Of a stretch of 57,765 nucleotides of DNA, positions 37,648-50,550 are shown one piece after another. The position numbers and the translations under genes were made by a program. Each line of letters opens with the position of its first letter. Position 1 is the first letter of the stretch. The notes below the pieces were generated by a model. That model was given only the letters and a program-made list of their open reading frames with translations, made no database searches and was not told the origin of the DNA. This DNA is from Lenisia limosa (Eukaryota > Protista > Breviatea). The stretch is taken from assembly GCA_001655205.1 (NCBI GenBank), contig LPNZ01010288.1, forward strand, positions 1 to 57,765, read 5' to 3'.

Positions 37648-40600
37648 ATGGGCAGGGTTTCAGACTACTGCTCAATTCTCCTCAACCCATCGTGGTCCCC
37701 TTTGCATGAAACATCAGCATGTGAACTCCTTGACTTGTTAAAGTCATTTGCGCCAAAAACTGTATTCAATCAGAGCCTGTCTGTGTTATTTCCTGTGGTT
37801 CAACATCTCCTCATCCTATCAAGGAATTCAACTGTTTGTTTTGTTTATAACCAAGCAGCCGAATGTGAAATCGCTTTTATATCTGATTAATCTGGTTGAA
37901 ACGGTTTTATCAAAGACCGTTCTTCCTGAAGCGGTAATCTTCCATCACACCCTGCTGGTTTGTTGTTTATCTAACATCAGGCCCTGAGCCAAGTACTTGT
38001 TACTCTCGAGACTCCCGACGTCAACGTCACAGAGTCGTCAAAAGAAGAGATCCTGTCGGCAACCCTCCAGGCTTTGCATTGCCTTGCAGCATCCGTTGCC
38101 TCGTCAGCAAGCATTTTGGTCCCACAAGTAGGCTTTTGCAAGATATTTTTTTCACTTCAAGGCGGCACCGCTGTCTTTTGAAACAGTTTCGCTCTTGAAG
38201 CTCAGTTCATCGCCGTTACCTCCAGAGTACCCCCTTTTTGACAACAGAAAACTATGGTAGATAAACAGGGATTGTATATAACTCTTAGGTTTTCTTTGCT
38301 GTCAGCCAATAGAAAAGTTGCACATTCAAATAGCTCAACTGTAGGTTACACCTCCTCGGGTTACACGCTCTTTTGGAACTTCTGAAAGTCAATATTAGTG
38401 GTTTTCAGACCAGTGTACAATTATAACGCTTAAGGCTGCTGAGCTGACTGACGAGGACTTCACAAAGAAAACATCAATCTGCATTGTCGTGCAACCCGAG
38501 TATCTATGTCATATTGCGTTGGTTCTGGATAAGATCGGAGGCCTTCTTCTTCATGAAAACAAGGAGCTTGCTAAATTGGCTATTTCTGCCTTTGTCCAAG
38601 TAAGCGTCTGAACTCCGTTGAGTGTATGGCGTGTTAAATAGTATTGCAACTTCAATATGATATATAGGGCTCCGTGCAAAATTTGACGTGGGACGTAGTG
38701 TAACGAGAACCCCATTTCAGACCTTTAAAGTCTAATTTTGTAATTTTTTTCTTCAAAAAAACTAGTTGAACGGATAGCTTTTCGAAAAGCGCACATGCAT
38801 GCACCGCATTGCAATGTCCACTTCATAACTTCGTTGAATAGTCATGGTTTTCATGTTCCAGTTTCTTGTACTTGTTGGTCATGAAGAAAGTATCAGCAAG
38901 CTGTTCCCTGGACTACTGAGCTGTCTCAATAAGGCTATTGGAACTGTAAATAGCTTCGTCAAAGCAGTATGTTGGGATCTTGTTACTGTTCATCATCCCG
39001 TCCGTCAGAAACACTATGATTTATCAAGATGTAAAGCTCTATTGTTTTTATACTATTTATCGCCCCCCCCCCCCCAGAAATCTATAGAAGGAATAACTAT
39101 CATGTCGATCTTTGCGATGTCTCCGATATTCAGTATCAAAGCCCGGCCTGTGGCTTATGACAGTCCACTGGAGCAGTTGTCAAAAGTCCTGAAGCCCCAT
39201 CAGCCTGAAGCACTGGAAGACATTTGGGTTACCCGAGCCCAATCCGCCCTGACCCAGGTCATGACCTCCGCCTTCTCTCTTGGACACCTTGATTCCCTGG
39301 CCCTTTCCTCGCAAATCGCGTTCATTCAGGTGAGTGGCCTTGACAAAACTCAACTTTCCGTTTTACTTCTGGGTTTGCTTTCACGTTCATGGTATCCGCT
39401 AATGTTTAACTGATTATTCGATAACACCATTTAGAGTGGATATGAGTTTTACACGTCTTTCGAGGCGATTTTCCCTGAACTCTGCGCGGGTGTAATTGAA
39501 GGTCTTATGTTCCTTTCCAGCTCCTCTGTTAGCCGTATATCTTCTCTAATTTTCAGATTGATAAAGTCAGTCAAACTGCTTCAGAGTGTCTGAACTGGGT
39601 GCATTGGGGGAAAAGAAACCCTAAAATTGTGATATCTCTCAACTCGGCTTTCCAAACACTCATAGCAAATACCAAACGTTCCAATGATTCAGTGGAGGTT
39701 TGTTGAATTTTGGCTTATTTCTTCAGATTTCACAAAACGTTCAACTTCTGTCTGCTTACTGCTCATCAACAAATCTGTCAAAGAAACAAGAGAAGGACAT
39801 TATCACTTTGTTTTGTCATATTTATCAAAAAGACTTATCAGTCCCCTCAATGGACAGGCTCTCCACAACACTTGGTATGGCCTGATTCGGCTTACTTCTC
39901 AGGTCAAATCATCCCTTCTGAAAGTGCTGTGGACTATACTATGCAAATGATATCTGGAAATAAGGATGATGGACGAATCTGGGAGGCGTTGGCATCTCTC
40001 GCCAGCACTTGGTCCGAATTACCGCTGAGCTCGGCTCTTTCATGCATGCAGTTTATCATCGAACCGGAGGTTGTGATTTGTTATGTTAACCAGCTGACGC
40101 TTCATAGTCCGCAGTTGGTGGAAAGCAATACTTTTGAAGACAGGTCGTTACTCAGTATTGAAAAGGACTCCCCCCTTGATAGTCTCCTCATCGCTGACCA
40201 AGCCAAATTCGTCAAGCAGGTCCAGGAAGAGACCAAATCCACTCCTTCGACCATTGCTGTCTCTGTTGATGCACTAAAAACCACTCATATGCTTGCCGCT
40301 CTGGCTGCGCGAAATCCTGATGTTCGGCCCGTAATTTTGTCGAAAATCCTGTTCCCTCTTTTGGTGTTCGTTTCGCTCAATAAAACGGTACTTTGTGTCT
40401 CTGTTTTACTTCTTTTAGAACCTTTCAGAGTACGCGCGGTTAGGGCTTCAAGGCATTTCGGAGGCGTGCGGCCAAGTATCGTTGCAGTCGGTTTGAGGAC
40501 AGCACAGCGCAATTCTAATACTTTGACGGCTCAATTCAAATGTGAAATGTTACCAATTCTATCGGACCGGAGTAAAGCTGTAAAGCTGCGGATCTACTTT

Positions 40601-41858
40601 TATTACAAAGCATCTCACTGCTTAGTTTTTGGAAGATCACTCAGACTATGTACTCGATGGAATTTCAAGAGCCATTCTGTTTGAGCACTCCAAGTTTTCA
40701 GGTTTCCAAGTATGACTTCTTCCAACCCTTCCGCCTTTTGACTTTTTCAGGGTCTTGCCGGCTTCATGATGCTCACGAATTCGTCTCAATTCCTCCGGTT
40801 TCATGACGTCATAAACGTTTGTTATTTTGTGTAATGACTAGTCTCTTCTTGATGAGCTCGAAAACCCCTCTTCACGGCACCATGCAACCTGCCTGTCAAC
40901 GTTAGTTGCAATCCTAGAAACTATGAATCTTGAAGAGCTGCGCCTGGATACCCTCAGTATTAATACTTCACTAACAAGATCACCCACAAATTCTGAAGAT
41001 TGCATTGCGGGTTGTGTACTCTATTAAGCCATTTTTAGGGATAAGGATCCAAGAACAGGTTCGGCTCATGACTTTTAGGTTACTGAGAAGGTTGGTACAC
41101 GGAGACAATAATATTTTCATATGATATGATATAACATAAGGATATAGGAGATATATATTTCACTCTTTGAAACTTCATTATTATCCTGCTAAATGTGATT
41201 GCAGGGCTAAAAGTTTGAAACATATCGTTTTCTGTCGTAAGCTTTGGCCATAGTGGAGAGTTTCGATCAGGATCTGGCTGTTTTTTTTTTGACGTTTTAG
41301 GGGAATTGAAATTTCACACTGTATGAGTGAAAGTGAACACCTCAACTCAATTCATGTGAACTGGCGCTCTGTACTTTTAGCGTGTTTTGATAAGAGTTTG
41401 TTGATTGCTGGCGAAGGTTCATTGTTTGCACTAATCAGCTCTGAAAACCATTCTGGTTCTTATTGAGAACAGTTCAGACTTTCTTCATTCAAGGACCAAA
41501 ACAGACTTTCTTCCTTCCCTTTTCTCATCATTGCTTTATCTCCCCCAGAAATGTTGGCTGTATTGTACTGCTGACTATTTAGTTGTGCAAAAAAACCAAT
41601 CCTTTGGAATGACCTTGTTCAAATGCTTTTCTTATTTCATCGAAACTGGTATTATTGAGGAGCATTTTGACTTCATTGTGAGACCATTCACCGCTTATTC
41701 AACAGGCTTCACGCTGTTGGTCCTTCCTGGATTCCCCTCCAGTGGCAGAGGCAAATCAGGATTTACTTGAGACTCTCATTCGAGCTGACCCATCTCTTGT
41801 TTGCTTCCTCTGGTCTCACCACTTTAGGCCGATCTCATCATGGATGTTGAGAAACTAA
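37648..41858 (+). CDS. Large HEAT/ARM-repeat protein, possibly TTI1 (TELO2-interacting) like; multi-exon
   Basis: Long helical exons. Segments SISKLFPGLLSCLNKAI, DIWVTRAQSAL, KPILWNDLVQML and LIRADPSLVCFLW resemble TTI1 segments as I recall them; not verified by search. Confidence 0.5.
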
Positions 41859-42005
41859 CAGCTGTTCCTACGCCAGAAAACCTCTTGAACGAAAAACCAC
41901 TCCAGAGGCTTAGCCCCAAGCCCACAGTCTCTTCAGCGGAATGTGAACTCACCACAAAAGCAATCCGAGAAAAGCTCTCAATTGGTTAAAAATAAATAAT
42001 CGATC

Positions 42006-43981
42006 CTAACGGGCACTTGTGCCGAACTGCTTAAAATAGGCATCATTGGGTTGGCTGCTGTATTCGTTGTTGTACAGGTGCTGATATCTGGAAATGTAAA
42101 AATGGTAATCTTTCATAAGGGGGAACTTCATGCCAAATGTAAACATTAACATAGTAAGACCCCAAGCTTACTTTGAATTGGCCTGGGAGGCAATTCGACT
42201 GTTCTCCTCGTTCATGGCCTTATGTTCTTCTCGGAGCTAAAGATAGTGAGAAGGGCTCTATTAGGCCAAGATCACAGAAATGCAAATGTCTAGAGAGCAT
42301 ACATTACGTTCCATGTTGCGCTGGCTTAGAATGGCGTTGCGCTCGTTTGCAATGGTCATTTGTTGGAATCTCAGCTCCTCCTCCTGCTCCAGGGCCTGTT
42401 GCCTCTTACGATCTTGCTCTTGCTGCTTTTGGATTTCTCTGATCCTTTGGATTTCATCCATCCTCATTCCCTTAAAGTCCTGCAGTGTCAATAACAACCA
42501 TAAATACAGCACCACTAAGAATTGAAGCCAGAACATACAGTGATGTCCTTTGAGCCTTCTTCGCGAAGCATTTTCGAGCTTAGGATTGAGGCCTTGTATG
42601 CGTTGATCTGCGGAATCAGCTTGGCATTGCGAAATAACAACAGGCTTCTGGTCGGTCACCTGTATTTTTCCTACCTCATCCTCTTCCTTCTGCTTCTCCT
42701 GCTTAAGTGCAAGAGCCTTCTCTTCTGCCATTCTCTTGTTGCACTGAAGAACGTCATTCGAAGCCTGTCGCCTCTTGTTCTCGTTGTCGTTGTGCAAGTC
42801 TGTGAGCTGCTGCCCAAGGGCCAATTGGGACTGCTGGTACTTCCTAAAGCAGTGACTATCATGCAGGACTTGCTAAACTATCTGTAAATACCCCACAATA
42901 TAATATATGACAACATGCTCGAGGAAGGGGCAAATGTATGGTGGAATCCTACACAGCCCCTTACATTTCCTCCTCCTGTTCACTTCTCTGCGCTGCCTGC
43001 TTGTACATCATTTGCTCCTTGCTCCTGCAAAGTCAACCCACAGATAAGCTGAATTGAGATCCCCATTTTGTACAACAAATTTCTCCTTTCCCTTTCGAGC
43101 CTACCACATCTGCATTTGGTCCTTTTGTGCTATTTTCCTGTCTCCGTAAGAAGAATCCTCCCCTAAAAGGTGACATCACAGAAACAAGGAACAATAGAAT
43201 CACACAAATTGTGGAAATCTTAAAAAATGGCTTCATATCAGTGGCGAAAGACAAACCTTCGAAAGTTTGAAGAGAGGAAACACCGCATCGTTCGCGATCC
43301 TAAAGCATCAAAAAAAAGTAGTGTTACAACAAAAAAGAAAAGTGTAGCAACATGCACAATGCTATGTCAGAACAAAAAGGATGAAATGCCCACCGCGTTC
43401 TGTCCGGGTAGGCTGATATCGAACTCTCTCCGTGTCTGCATCCCTTGGTTATTCATCCTATAGTGGTGAAAAAATACCTATCATCCCCTTAAAGAAGAAG
43501 ATGATAGCATTGGAATGGCACATTATCATTATCAAAGGGAAACTGCCTCCCACCTGTAGTCATTCAACTGATTCAGCTCGGATTTCCTTTCTGCCTGTAC
43601 CTGAGCTTCCATTTGAATGAGGTTCTGCTCCATTTGAACGATGCTCTCATCTGAAAAACAATAAGTACCAATAATGAGGCACAAACCGTAAGCCCGCTCT
43701 TCTCGTTTTCTTTGCTCCTCAGCGTCTTTCTTCTCCGCAATCTGATATTATTAAGGAAATAATATTCAACTGTCGCATAGAAGGCCCACAAACCTGCTTC
43801 TCAAGAGTGTCAATATCTAAACCCATCGTCCTCTGGCGAGGATTCAAGAACCGTTGCCTACGCTCCTCCTAAATTGAATTATGTTACAACATTGAATTAC
43901 ATTCTCTTTTTGTCTCTTCTCAAGAACCAGTTGTTCCTTCTGCTCTTTCTGAGTCAAATCTCTTTGCAAAGACGAAAGCAT
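42006..43981 (-). CDS. RIB43A: RIB43A-like axonemal microtubule inner protein (RIBC family); multi-exon
   Basis: EERRQRFLNPRQRTMGLDIDTLEKQ, DFKGMRMDEIQRIREIQKQQ and C-terminal PNDAYFKQFGTSAR* are hallmark RIB43A motifs. Confidence 0.85.
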
Positions 43982-44399
43982 TCTGCCAATCTCTTACAAA
44001 TAATGTGTAACCTTTAATAGACCTGTAAATGGAGATTTAATGACCAAAAACCGTTGATTTTTTTTGTTTATATGTACACTGGTACAGGATTGACCACTTG
44101 GAATAGCGCCTTTCTCTTCCACCTCTTCCTTAATTTAATAGTTCTATATTACGAAAGGTTAAAAACAAAGTATAAATCGGATAACTTTTCAGAGTAGTTT
44201 TTTTCTCTTGATGATCATGTCACTACTGTGAAAATGAGATTTGGAGAGCACAAGTACCTCTTCTCAGGGGAACAGGTGTATAGTCACCAAACACAGAGCT
44301 CAGCAACACCCATTATCCTCAGTGTCCCCCCTCCCCCAACCTCCGTAGCCAAAGAAGTCCTGGCCGCCTCACTCTTTATTAGAGAAACTGGCATCAAGC

Positions 44400-44969
44400 T
44401 GAAGTTGTGAGTCATTCTGCCGTCTCACCTTTAGGCCAATCCAAACTATCGCCACTGCTCTTGTCTTTTTCCATCACTACTGTGTTTGCAAGAAGTTTGC
44501 TGCGTTTGATATTTGGGTAAGACTCAGTCTTTGCACCTAACACACAGTTGATATCCATCACCTGCGTTGCCCTGGCAGCCAAGTGTGACGAGGCGGAATG
44601 CCGATTTAGAGACGTGATTAACGTGGGGTATAACACCCTCAATCCGGAGGAACCACCTCTTCTTGTTGGAAAGGTGGGGAGACTTGTCCTCTAGAGATAA
44701 TCTGTACACTAAACCACAACTTTAGGGCGTTTATCCTCTTGTGGTTCTCATCATATAGCACTATTGGAACCTTCGCGACAGCATTGTCAAATGCGAACAA
44801 ATTGTATTAAGAACCTTGGGTTTCAACTTGAACTACCCCTTGCCCTTCAACTTCCTCCTCAGTGTATGCTTTGCCCACCAAAGTAAGCAGGGTTTGGTGA
44901 TGGCAATTTATGGCATTTTATTTGGGCTTATTACAGAGGTTGGAAGGGTATTATTGAAGATAGAGCCAT
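44400..44969 (-). CDS. Hypothetical multi-exon gene, unknown product
   Basis: Coding-like exons with GT/AG ends (VPIVLYDENHKRINALK; RWFLRIEGVIPHVNHVSKSAFRLV; GAKTESYPNIKRSKLLANTVVMEKDK). Model not fully resolved. Confidence 0.35.
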
Positions 44970-45100
44970 TGTGCTAGTGATTCTTTTGACCCTTAGTATT
45001 TTATTATATTGACCGAGTTTGTGAGACACGCAGATTTTTCTTTTATAATGGAAAGTGTTCTCACCTTTCAGATACTCCTTTTCCTTTCAACACTGACACT

Positions 45101-48100
45101 TTAGTTCAAGACGATATTGCGCAAAGTGCGTTCAGCTGTCTCATTGACGCGTAAGTCTGGTAAACTACTCAAGCTTCACACCGATCCGAAACGACGGTAA
45201 ATGAAATGACGGGCATCAGTTTTGGAGGAAAATATTACATGCAAGATGGCGATTGCTACAGCGTCCATATTCCTTTGACAACCACCTAGGTTCCTCCAGC
45301 CCCACACCGCCCTATCCTTTTCGCCCGAGTCGCTGGCTATGGGTGCGCTGAGAATGGCCCTTTCGCTGAACTCCGGGGTTCTTCCCAGGTGCTCCGGTCT
45401 CGAACGTGGTCATAACGTCCCACGAGATGCGGTGGCGGTGGAGGTGGGGGGTGGGGGGTATCGAGTAGTAATTAAGGGATTAGTTATAAAAGGCTGACGC
45501 TTCAGGCTGAGCCAATTGACCAAAACATCGGGATCGAAAACATGCCTCCTGGACTGGTGATATCTCCTCAAAGCGCTTTTCTCTTCAAGGTTTGTTGAAA
45601 AATGCTGGGTGATAACTACTCTTATATGATATATATAGATGATATATATCATATACTAGATGATATTCTATTACTGTATCATCATTGTTTTATATCCTCT
45701 CATAACCTCTTCGAGATATCAATATTCTACAATATCACAGATCATTTTTTTTATACACATGTCCACATATACTTGTAAACGCTACCGAAAATGCCAAGGT
45801 AATATAACCGACCTTTCAGGATCAAGAGACTGTGAACCGACTGTCTCTTCACTCCAGTTCCCCTGCTGATATCCAGGGTAGGTGCAAGGTTAAAGTAGTT
45901 TTTGTTATCACCATTGTCTACTATTCTTTGGGTATAGTACGACTTAGCCAGTGTATTACCTAGTGTTCTGACTTGCTTAGTACAACCAGACAAACACAAC
46001 AGCCAGAATAATTCCGCGTTCTGATTCTGACCCCTCGCAGCCTTCGGCAACTTGATGACAGCCTTCTATGAAGCCCCCCTCCCGACGGAATGGTGGAAGG
46101 TCAAGGCTCCACGACCCTCAATACCCAACCTTCAGTGCCTTCCGGAGGTCAAGATTCCCCAAGCAAGACCAGAGATAAACGAAGAACAAATGTGCTGGGA
46201 AGGGGGTGCTGGAGGGGGTGGTATTGGACGAGTAATAGTTCACATCACATGCTATGTGGATGCCTTTAAATGAGACCTCATTGAGACCCCAAGCAGTGCA
46301 TTATAACAAGACAAAGAAGGGACATATTTACTTCTGGGTAAATGTTAAATACTGAGACTTGGCTTGCTTGCTTTTCCTAATATACTCTCTCCATTTTGTG
46401 GTCAAACCATTGTTATAACTGTGTAGCCGACAACCCTCGCCAAAACCCGCACCAGTCACCCCCAAAAAGTTAGTTGATCTGGAATAATGATGGTAACTCC
46501 AGGATAAAACAATATGCCTACCAACCTGGCTCTTTTAAAACGTTTTGACCCCTAAGAACGCCTGTCAAAAAGGAAGCCCCCTCCTCACCCATTCGATCCT
46601 CGATTGTCTTCACAATTGCACGGCCACCGCCTCTACCAAAACCTGTTCCGCTTTATGATAACAAATCGAAAGACTAATGTATTGTACACCACCATAGTTC
46701 ACACAACTAATAACCCTACCATTATACAAAATACTATTCCTTTGGCATTTGGGCCACAAGCCAGCCCCTGAAAAGTGAATGCGTGCAAGATAATCAGCTT
46801 GAACCCAGTGGATTCAGTGGAATCAATAGAGATGTGTGGCCAGAACTGTCTTCATGGACAAATGAGAAATGACACTGTTATCAAATATGTTGTTTTTTTA
46901 TCTACGAACTAAGTTATGGATTTTACACAATATGGTACCATCACATCTTCCAATGCTTACTTTGGTTTGAGTCCAAAAGACATTTTGAGTTCATCATCAT
47001 CACTCGACAGCCGAAGAGAATCGACTGTTGGCTGCTCGATTGTCTCCATTATCTGAGGAAACTCAACCTAAATTGTTGATCTTGGTCAGGCTGCATGTAT
47101 CATGGTCCGCACCTTTTATTTCAATTTCATACTCCTAATTGTATCAAAATACATCATCACTATAAACTGATTCTTCAAAAGTGCCGACAATGAACAATAA
47201 GTGCTGACTGTTACGCAAAAGAGGTCAGGACTATGATGTAATATATTCCCCTTAAAAAAGTTAATCGCAAAGCTGAAGAGCACTTCGTTTGGACCAGTTA
47301 TAAGAGATACTTATGAAGTTGAAAACTCAAAAATTTCACAACAAGAGAAAAGACCCTTAATACCTTTTCGAGGTTCAGTCTGGGCACATTGACCAGAGGC
47401 ACCGATGAGGATCGACGTCGCGCGTTCGGCGTCAGCAGCATGGTATCCAAAAGACTGGAGTCCAAAAGGGCCACTGGGTCATCTTCCGAGCCGAAGCTGG
47501 AGAAGGAGTTGACGGACACGTCCGAAGAGCGCCTACTCCGGTCCTCCTCTGATACTTGAGGTTCTTGGTTGTCATTTATTCATAGTCCAAGATATTCCTC
47601 ACAAAAAATAGAAGCACGCACTATCATATACCCATACCAGTCCTTTGCATCAATGAAATACAAATTTTATCCTTTCTAGCCATTTGACTCACTGCTTACC
47701 AAGTTTCCTTATTTGAAAAGGTGGTCGAACTTCATCCTAAACATTTAGCCAATGACAAAACTGACACCAGCTAAATAGAAGAAATGAAAAGTGTTGTAAT
47801 TTGAAGATTATTATCTGAGATAACCACAAAAGACAAAACAAGAGTCAACATACTTTTGTCAAAATTAGATCATGTACTTAAATATGATATAAATACTACA
47901 TAGTATGTGATATGATATGTTATACCATATGTATGTAGTATGTATTTATACAATCATCAATAATAATTGCTATTATTCATACATATTTCAGTCTTACATA
48001 AGTACCATCGTGAAGATGGTTCAGAGTGTGCTAATAACCAGCAACACACCGTGTGTTTTGGGCGCAGTGGGAAACCCCGGGTAATGATAGGGTCAAGGTG

Positions 48101-49110
48101 GGGTGGAACATGTCTGACTTTCGGTGCAGTTTGTACAATTGTTTTCTGAAAGGGGGGTACTGTCTCTGAAATGTATGAGATGTTTTTTATGGTTAAGCAA
48201 CAAAAGTATTATGATGACTACGGTAAGATAAAGAGAGAGATTTAAGAACGAAAAAGAAAAAAGTACATGATGTTATGTTATATGATATCGATATACCTTC
48301 AATATGTGTATCATATATCAAGTTTACTTTAACAAACACAATAATTACCAAAAACAGGAAAAAACATTTCAATACATCGGAACAAAAATAGTCATATTTG
48401 AAAAAAAAAAACACCATCAATACTACCACGATTCCATACGACATACTTTGTTCCAATTGGTGTGGCGGGACGAAGGAGCTAAGAGAGACCTCAGGCCGCG
48501 GACAAAACTTCTCCTATTTTGTGAAAGGGATGATGGATTAAGNNNNNNNNNNNNNNNNNNNNNNNNNNNNNNNNNNNNNNNNNNNNNNNNNNNNNNNNNN
48601 NNNNNNNNNNNNNNNNNNNNNNNNNNNNNNNNNNNNNNNNNNNNNNNNNNNNNNNNNNNNNNNNNNNNNNNNNNNNNNNNNNNNNNNNNNNNNNNNNNNN
48701 NNNNNNNNNNNNNNNNNNNNNNNNNNNNNNNNNNNNNNNTTAATTGCATAAACGCTCTTATACCTTTCATTCGCAATACAGCGCATGGAGTATGTAATGC
48801 TGCTTTCTGCCCAAATCTTTGCCTGCATAAGAGATCACTTGTATTCGCTCCCGGATAACCAATAGGCTCACTCACCTGTAGGTCGCAACTGGATGGAAAT
48901 GGAGTGGACAGGTTCGAATCAAACAAATGGTGTGTTTGACTTTTGTTGGCTATAACGGTGAAGAATAGCGAAGGTACGATGATGATTCCTCAGAAGCCAA
49001 GACCAAGTCAAACCTCTTTGAAAGCAGTTTTGGAATACCACCACGGCCCCGGCCCCAAGGATGGCTCCAAAAAGAAGCAGCAAAAATACTTGCATCATTT
49101 CATGCCCTCT
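45101..49110 (-). CDS. Hypothetical multi-exon gene(s), unknown product
   Basis: Exons with canonical ends: KTIVQTAPKVRHVPPHLDP; EPQVSEEDRSRRSSDVSVNSFSSFGSEDD; QFWPHISIDSTESTGFKLIIL; HLFFVYLWSCLGNLDLRKALK; RRHVFDPDVLVNWLSLK; last exon LRVNETAERTLRNIVLN*. Connectivity unresolved. Confidence 0.5.
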
Positions 49111-49534
49111 CAATATGGTCACTGTGGGTTGTCAGATTCACAATAAAAAAAACTATCAATAGGTAGCATGATAGGAGTTCAAATAAAATCACCAACATAC
49201 AGCAACTTACATGAGTTGAAGAGGAAAGTTACTGACAGACGACAGACAGACGATTAATGGGGAATAGAGAAATGGAGTATATTCATCTCAAATTTTCAGG
49301 CAGTTTTTCTGAGTCCTTAGGGTATGTTATTTAAGTTCAAGGCTTCCAGTGAAAAGAGGGAGCAAATCACAGGCAAATCAAGAAATCAGAAAGAAAAAAA
49401 CGCGGAGTAAAGGCAATCTCGATCATGAGGATCATGACATTTCAAAACTTCGTCACTTTTTGCCTCTCTCTCTCTCTCTCTCTCTCCTTCTCTATGCACC
49501 TCTTATTATAAAATAAAAAAATGTTAAAAATTCG

Positions 49535-50500
49535 CTTGATCTGCTCTTTTGATTAACAGCTGTCGCGAAACGTGGGTGACCTCCCCCTCTATGAGCATCC
49601 CATCTTCTTTCCTTTGCTGACTACGTCCCGGGGTTGTAGTTCATGAGAGCTTTGTCATGACAAACTCACAGCATAAGCTGAAAAAGTCGGAGCAATACGC
49701 GGCAATTACGATCAATGTCATCAAATATTGCTCATCACTCAATGGTAGGATGAATTGCTCACCAAGTACAAAGGCGAATGTTATCTGTTTGGTGTAATTT
49801 ATTTTAGGGCCATTGTCCACTTATGACATTTGCGGGGGAAGTGGTGAATTGAGCAAACTATTGCTTGACCAGCTTGAACAGACGGATCACGACTGTTCTG
49901 TCACTGTTGTTGACTCTTGTGTCAGATCAAGTTGGTGTTTTATTGGTTTGATGTCTTATGCTCAGTTCAAGATAATATCCCACGAATCCAAACATCAATA
50001 AAAGAATTCTGGCCCCAAGATCCCCATGTTTATATGTTGGTTCATTTTCTCATGTTTACAAGTAGAATTGGAGCACATGTGTGCAGTTCTGCCTTTTTCG
50101 ACACACTTGACTTACTGGTTTACCTTCGGAAGAGTAGGCATGTTCCTCGCAATGTCATTATTTTAGAAGGTTGTCTTGTTGGATTTTCTCTAATACCTTG
50201 TTGTATTCCTTCAACCCCAGGTTTGAATGCTCACAATGGTAAAATGACAAAGTAGATAACCCTCACGCAAATGCTGGATTACTATTCGATTCTAAGGGCT
50301 TTGAAAAGGTTTTTTACAATGGTTTGACAATAGGTGGAATCACAAACAATTAAAAGCAAAAGTATGAGGAACAGGCCCCTTCTGCAACAGTTGTATCAAA
50401 GACAGGACGATTTGGTGTTGTATTCGTGGACAAACCCGGCTTTCTTCCCCAGTAACCCGTCTATGAAATGTATTAAAATCAGATAAAATCAGAACCATAC
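49535..50500 (-). CDS. Hypothetical multi-exon gene, unknown product
   Basis: Short coding-like exons (QHQIVLSLIQLLQK; DIDRNCRVLLRLFQLM) followed by an AT-rich tract and (CT)n at about 49460-49530 that look intergenic. Confidence 0.35.
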
Positions 50501-50550
50501 TCCTCTAAACCACCACCACAATCTATAACTTCTTGTCTTGTTCAACTAAA

